From the NCBI GenBank assembly GCA_002269645.1, contig NIVC01000027.1:941600-1005599 (forward strand): a stretch of DNA of 64,000 nucleotides. The letters run 5' to 3'. Both the position numbers and the translations under genes were made by a program. The notes under the pieces are model-generated. The model did no database searches. It was not told the DNA's origin and worked only from the letters and a program-made list of their open reading frames with translations. This stretch comes from Macrostomum lignano. Taxonomy: Eukaryota. Shown here in pieces: positions 58,701 through 64,000 of this stretch (positions within the stretch are counted from its first letter, which is position 1; each line of letters opens with the position of its first letter).

Positions 58701-61700
58701 ATGAGTTGGCCATGCTCACATCCGCATAAGGCGTACAGTTCAAGGAAATCGGAGTACATTGCAAGTTGTTTTCGAGCGCAAGGTCTTTGTAGCTCGCGTT
58801 GGTTCCAGCTTCAACTGTAACGCAGATGTAGCGCGATGCCTCGCAAACGCTCAGGTTCAGTACAATTTCGGTTGTGTTTATTCTGAAAGAGAAAATATTA
58901 ATGAAATTAACAATATTTTTTGGAATTTCTAAATAGATACTTACGGAACTAGCATTGCTGAGCCCCTGACGACTCCATTTTGTCTCACAGCTGCATCTCC
59001 ATCGCCAACCATCACTAGCATCACAGTGGTGTCTGCTGTAATACAGTCAGCTGTTTGAATCGAACAGTTGCTCCTTGATAGCACTGACTTAAGCACAAAG
59101 TTTGAGTCGGTATCCTGAACCTCAGCAATATCGTGAGGAGCAGCGTTAGTGGCAGTTACCTCCGCAGTGAGAGAGAGCTGGCCAGCGACACCTCTGGTAA
59201 TGACTGTCTGGAATGGTTTTAGCACCAGCGAAACATCTATTTCCGGCTGGCAAATGGGCACCACAAGCTCACAAACACAGTTGTCCCTCTCGTCTGCCTC
59301 CACAAAGGCTGCGTCAAGGTCAGCCGAGACGGTGATGCAAAGCCGGTTGATATCGAGGCATCGGCTTCCAGATGGAAGAACGATGGATCCGTTCAACTTG
59401 AGGTCCTCCTCCTGACCGATGTCCCATCCAGCACTGGCGGCACCTGATTTCACTGCGTGCATTTCGAACTGCGTCGCATTTGGTGCCTCTGCACCGATGA
59501 AGAATCTTAAATTTGGTTGAGTCGCTGATGGAAAGCCACTGACTCCGCTTACGGCTTGTAGACGCAGCTGCCATGTAACCGTTGATTGCTCATGCCTGAC
59601 GAGATATGGAGCCTGTGCTAACGAGCTTCTAATTGCCATGTCTACCTCTGAAAATTAAGGTTTAATTGCTTAAATTGCGCAAAAATATCTATACTCAGCA
59701 AAATTGAAAAGTCGCCACCCTTTGCCCCAGTGAGCAATGTCTTTTTACCAGTGTCTATCATCTGTCAAACCATTTTTATAGTTAAAAATGCTTGAGAAAC
59801 AATGAAAACCGGGCGGAAGCTTCAATCCATCCAATTCAGTCCTCCGCTCTTCCCAACCCCTCCTCACCCAGCCCAACTTTGCGTCGCGTGGCGCAAGTTA
59901 CGTCACTCAAAAGTCAATACCTCTCAAAGGTAACGACTTTTCAATGTTGTTGAGTACACTAAAGCTTGTTATTTGAATCAAAGGTTAGTTAGAAATGCTA
60001 ACCTGGCTTGCAGCGACCTCTGTGCCATCTGTATCCGATTCGGCAGAGACAAGCCAAAGTTCGGTTGCCCTGCCACGCTTTGCAGACTGTGTGATTCGAG
60101 AGAGTGCAGCTGGCATCGGAGAAACAGCCCGAGTCGTATGCAGCAGCTGAAGTAACATTGATGAAGGTCGTGATTGATTGGTTTGACGGGTAATTCGTTA
60201 TGCAGTAAACCGAATTCGATGCTCACCTGTTTCAATTTCAGTTAGCTGCAAAATTCTCATTTGCACCGCAGAGATCTCTTCTCCGCCAGCCCATTGCATG
60301 ACATCATCAGCTCCATCCGTTCCAGATCCGGTCATTTTCGGTGCTGCAGAATCGCTTCCAAACCACCATCCGCTGCCAGAAGCGATTGCTGCGTCCGCTT
60401 TGTCCCAGAGTCACGGGCTGAGAAGCTGCTGCCATTCAGAGCCTGAAATGCAGAGCCATTGAAGTCACCTCCATCGCAGTCAGAGACTCTGAGCATGAAT
60501 CTATCAACTTTCTGAGCCACTCTGAAGACAAAGCATTCGATGTATCTGAACCGGCCGTCCTGAAGCCAGGCATCGATCCTAAGACGCCACTGAGACACCA
60601 GAGACAAAAGTGAAATAGCGTTGAGTCCAGTCCATGATGAGTTAGACTCAGACTCATTGAATTGACTGCTCCAGAAGCCGCCAGAGTATCTCAAAATTGA
60701 TTGGTTCATTTGAAATTTCGTGTCGAAATTCCAGTACACGACAGGCCAGTTTCCAAAGCAGCGCACGTGGCGCGAAAGAATGCTGAGGCTGGTTTTGTTG
60801 ACGCAACTGAACTCCCCCAGATCCAGGACGCATCCAAAAAGCTCAAGCTTGATGGCCACACGAGGTTGGGGAAATGCTCTGACGTGACGAGTGACAATGA
60901 TTTTGCGAAACTTCAGCAGGTAAGGCTGACCTTGAGCATCCAGCGGAGATTGCTAAAATAGAAGATGATAAGCTCTGGATGAGTAAACAGCAAAGAAATG
61001 AACCATATACTCGCCTTGCACTAGCACACAATAAAATTGTCATTACGCTGTTAAAACTGACGCTTTCCGTCACGAAACTTCCGGTACTTTGATCTAAAAT
61101 ATCCACTTTCAGCTCAGTGAAAGTTTTAGGCTGTCCAGACAAATCAGTAATTCGAAGACCAGGGCCCAAAACGGACATAGCCACTACCAAAACTGGTTGG
61201 CTGAATTTGATCTGCAGGTAAGTTGATTGAACGAGGATGCAAGAGGCTGAGGATGCAAGGGATAGAAACATCTATGGCAACATTCCTACTCCACTACATA
61301 CCGTAACTTCTGTAGCGCTGACAGCAGCATCAGCAACCACAGCAGGTTGAGTCATTCGGATTCGATCAATGGGTACTGTTGAGTGTGTGCTATCAGATCG
61401 CACTAGAGCTTGCGCTACTCCGGTGCTGAGAAGGTCCATTTCAGAACAGAGATCTGCAAGTAAATACAGAAAATCTATACAATTGCTTATTTCATATACT
61501 ACGCTAGTAGTAAATTCATTACCTAAGCACAGTTGTTCAATAAGAAACGTGCGGCTTGCTTCAGGCCCACTGGAGTTGCTGTGATTGGCATATTCACCCG
61601 ACAATACAATTTCCGCATCGGATGCCATCTGAATGGAGTGGCACAAAACGGGATCGATTTGACAGGACACGATTGCCTGAGGCAGATCAAAACTGACTGC

Positions 61701-61786
61701 TTTTTCCAATGTTGCTGACATGGAAGTAGTCACGTTGTACTTTATGTTGTACTGAGGTTCCCTGCACTGCCGGCTCAATCGGGAAC
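49743..61786 (-). CDS. Polycystin-1-like (PKD1L/REJ family) receptor-channel, ~3,400 aa, at least 17 exons; 5' signal-peptide exon not located; one frameshift
   Basis: Exons: 61786-61523, 61453-61302, 61211-61062, 60952-60227, 60146-60003, 59647-58945, 58882-55517, 55427-54839, 54767-54543, 54459-54328, 54014-53921, 53849-52672, 52603-52442, 52369-52212, 52122-51636, 51479-51200, 51130-49743. All junctions are GT-AG and phase-consistent except for a 1-nt deficit at ~60405. The protein has PKD repeats, REJ (CIKNC, VNIAPSGGNCTVAPLQGFAMVTKFQISCFDW), GAIN/GPS (CRHWD...PNLIDF), TM1, PLAT, DEHLWVSV/FSRLQR, QPMKV and a polycystin channel domain (WLNANTR, LMNIFVAVIN). Confidence 0.88.
59692..59956. 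mobile_element. Tc1-related MITE, copy 2 (inverted relative to 46275-46549), in a PKD1-like intron
   Basis: TIR TACTCAGCAAAATTGAAAAGTCGCCACC. The interior (CCGGGCGGAAGCTTC, GCGTGGCGCAAGTTACGTCACTCAAAAGTCAATAC) is the reverse complement of copy 1. Confidence 0.88.
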
Positions 61787-62049
61787 CTAAAATGCGTAGA
61801 AACCTTTTGGTAAAATTTACTGCTACGAGTATTGCCTTTTTAAAACGCAAAAATACCACATTGAAAACTATGTTTTGTGTTGCGGCGAACGCTGCCCGTG
61901 AAACTAGTGTTTCATGTTTCTATCGCAGCAAATGTGTTTATTAGAGGCCGCTTACGCATGAGTAGCTGGATATGCAGCTATTTCATTTCGTTAAATAGAA
62001 CTTAAAGTATCCGTATCCTTGTATGAGTTCGTATATCAGTGTTAGAGTC

Positions 62050-63400
62050 AGTATTTTAAATTTCTTTAGGAAAAAAAAACAAATGTGGAAAAAAGCCCAG
62101 CTAAGAAACGCTGGCCGAAAGAACTATGACCGCGTATATAGCAGTCATGGAGACACCACTGTGATAAATAAAAAGGGCTTAAGGATTGGCCTTGTTCATT
62201 CAATGACTGGTCCGCAGGCCACCAGATGTAGCTCGTCTTCCACCGCCTCTTGCATCAACTTTCTCTTCACTCTCTATTGCAGTGGTTTTCTCATATGACC
62301 GCCGATACATTAGCGTCATTCAATTTTTGAAGCTGCATCTAATCATCTCCTGACAATGTGCCGCTGCTAGGTTTCTGGGGTAGACGCGACGGCCATAGAG
62401 TGCCTGTTGCTTGCAAATCTCCGGATCTACCTCGCTCAGCTGCTTCAGCTTCACCTTCAGCCACCTGATTTAGGTGCAAAGCACCCATTATTTTGAGCCA
62501 AAGCTTCCGTATCACTAGCAACGAGCTACCTTCATTTGTCAGTGACAAGCACGTCAGGAACTCCGTAGTTGAAATATGTCCGACGCAGCACCTTAATAAC
62601 CAGAGTCTGTTTGGCATCAGCAATGACTAGGAAGTTGCTTCCGTCCAGCTGTCCTAAGTAAGCATGTAGTCTTGACCATGTCGCTTTTGGTACCTGTCAA
62701 GGCTTCAATGCAGGTTTCTTTGATGGTCTCATTTGCTGGCATGTCCTGGACTGTTTCACTCAAATATCGAGAAAAGCCACTGTGCAGGTATCTGATAATC
62801 TGTGGTCTCAATCTCACTGGCGTAAGAATACGAGCTACGCTGATCCAACAGCAGCACATGTTCCTTGCAGCTCAGCCTACTTTCGCAAATTGCTCCGGTA
62901 GGTCCTTGCCCTTTTGCATTGTATGTATAACCTCTTTGAGTTCCTGGTCTGCCGTTAACCCTTGCTCCATTCGATCCACAGTGAGTGGCAACTTATCCGA
63001 AAAAGCGAGGTCCAGAGCAGCTATTTTGCTATTTTGCTCACGACTTCAGTAGCCGATTTGTCCCTTCTGAAACAACCATCCGTAGGCAATCTTCAGAGGG
63101 CATCCGCATGAGGTATCTCATGTTTTTTACCCTTGATGCTGTACTGGTACACTGACACCAGATCTTCCGAAGATCTTTGGGCGAAAAGACGATAAACTTG
63201 AGTGGTTTATGATCCGTCACAATCTCAAAACGTCTGTAGGCCTGTTTAGCTTCTTGGAGCACCAGACCACATCTTTCGATTGGGTCTTCACGGATCCACC
63301 AGCTGCTTTGAAAGTCGTCACTGCAGAAATCTTCCCAAGTTTTTAAATATCGCTCTTGAACGCTTAGTCTTGAGTTGAGTTCTACCATTAGGGACACTTT
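62050..63400 (-). mobile_element. Degenerate Ty3/Gypsy pol remnant (RNase H to integrase)
   Basis: RRFEIVTDHKPLKFI (RNase H TDHKPL motif) at ~63185-63240, RILTPVRLRPQIIRYLHSG (integrase Zn-binding region) at ~62780-62835, and LHLVACGP at ~62215. Multiple stops and frameshifts. Confidence 0.75.
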
Positions 63401-64000
63401 AACGATGAGATATTCTAGTATCTACTTCCTCTATGGAGTAGATCAAGCAAATAGTATATTAGAGGCTTTTTTTATTTACCACAGTAGAGTTTAGGCTCAT
63501 GCTATATATTAACTGTGGCCAGCTTTTATTAGCCGTGTTTTTCCTCTAGCTCTCTACCTCACTTCAACCAAGTGCATGGCCTTTATGGCCAAACAAACAA
63601 ACGTACAAGATTTTCATTTTTGGTATATAGGATATAAATAAAATAAAACATTGGCATTGAAATTGATTATCCTAAAGTTCACGATACACCACTTACCATT
63701 GGCTACTTCGCATACCACATAGGCCGAAACAAAGTCACAGCTCGCAGAAACCCAATTCTCAGCCTTAGAGACGAAGTCGCGCAATCTTGATGGGCTTGCG
63801 GATAGCCATAAGCCCACTGTTTCCACGAGAGTTCCGATCCAGTCAGCTCGTCAGTCCATTCCGATCGGGTTGAGTTGCTCCGTCGAACTCCGAGATGAAC
63901 GCTGAACTGCTCAGGCAGTGCAGTTGGCCGGTGCTTTCTGTGATAGGCAATTCCAGTATTGATATTTTAAATATAAATTGAAACTTTTAGCTAGATTAAT

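Noticed and set aside
63614-63900. Coding-like GC-richer stretch at the window end
   Set aside because: No recognisable motif in any frame. It may belong to the adjacent Gypsy remnant but cannot be supported.

Overview
This is eukaryotic (metazoan) genomic DNA with spliceosomal introns. The minisatellite load, TE types and gene content suggest a flatworm such as Macrostomum, but that is an inference. Genes reconstructed by hand with phase-consistent GT-AG introns are: the last exon of a syntaxin; three tandem intronless paralogues of a secreted PAN/apple + LamG-like protein (one intact, one frameshifted, one decayed); a 3-exon SDR9C/RDH-type dehydrogenase; a 6-exon Kv4/Shal channel; an intronless PCMT1; a 3-exon orphan gene; and a ~3,400-codon, 17-exon polycystin-1-like gene. 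That last gene has an unusual PAN-discoidin-fibrinogen-EB ectodomain, a non-canonical GPS site and a 1-nt frameshift. Mobile DNA includes a 2.2-kb solo LTR with a 4-bp TSD, mariner and Tc1 deletion derivatives, several MITEs, a hAT element with a nested TIR element (both with 8-bp TSDs), tRNA-derived SINEs, LINE fragments and a Ty3/Gypsy pol remnant. About 20 unrelated mini/microsatellite arrays total ~12.5 kb and generate most of the long spurious ORFs. The strongest leads are the lectin-capped polycystin, the PAN-LamG family with a hypervariable recognition domain, and two (TCTG)n introns in unrelated genes that share the same ordered set of interruptions.
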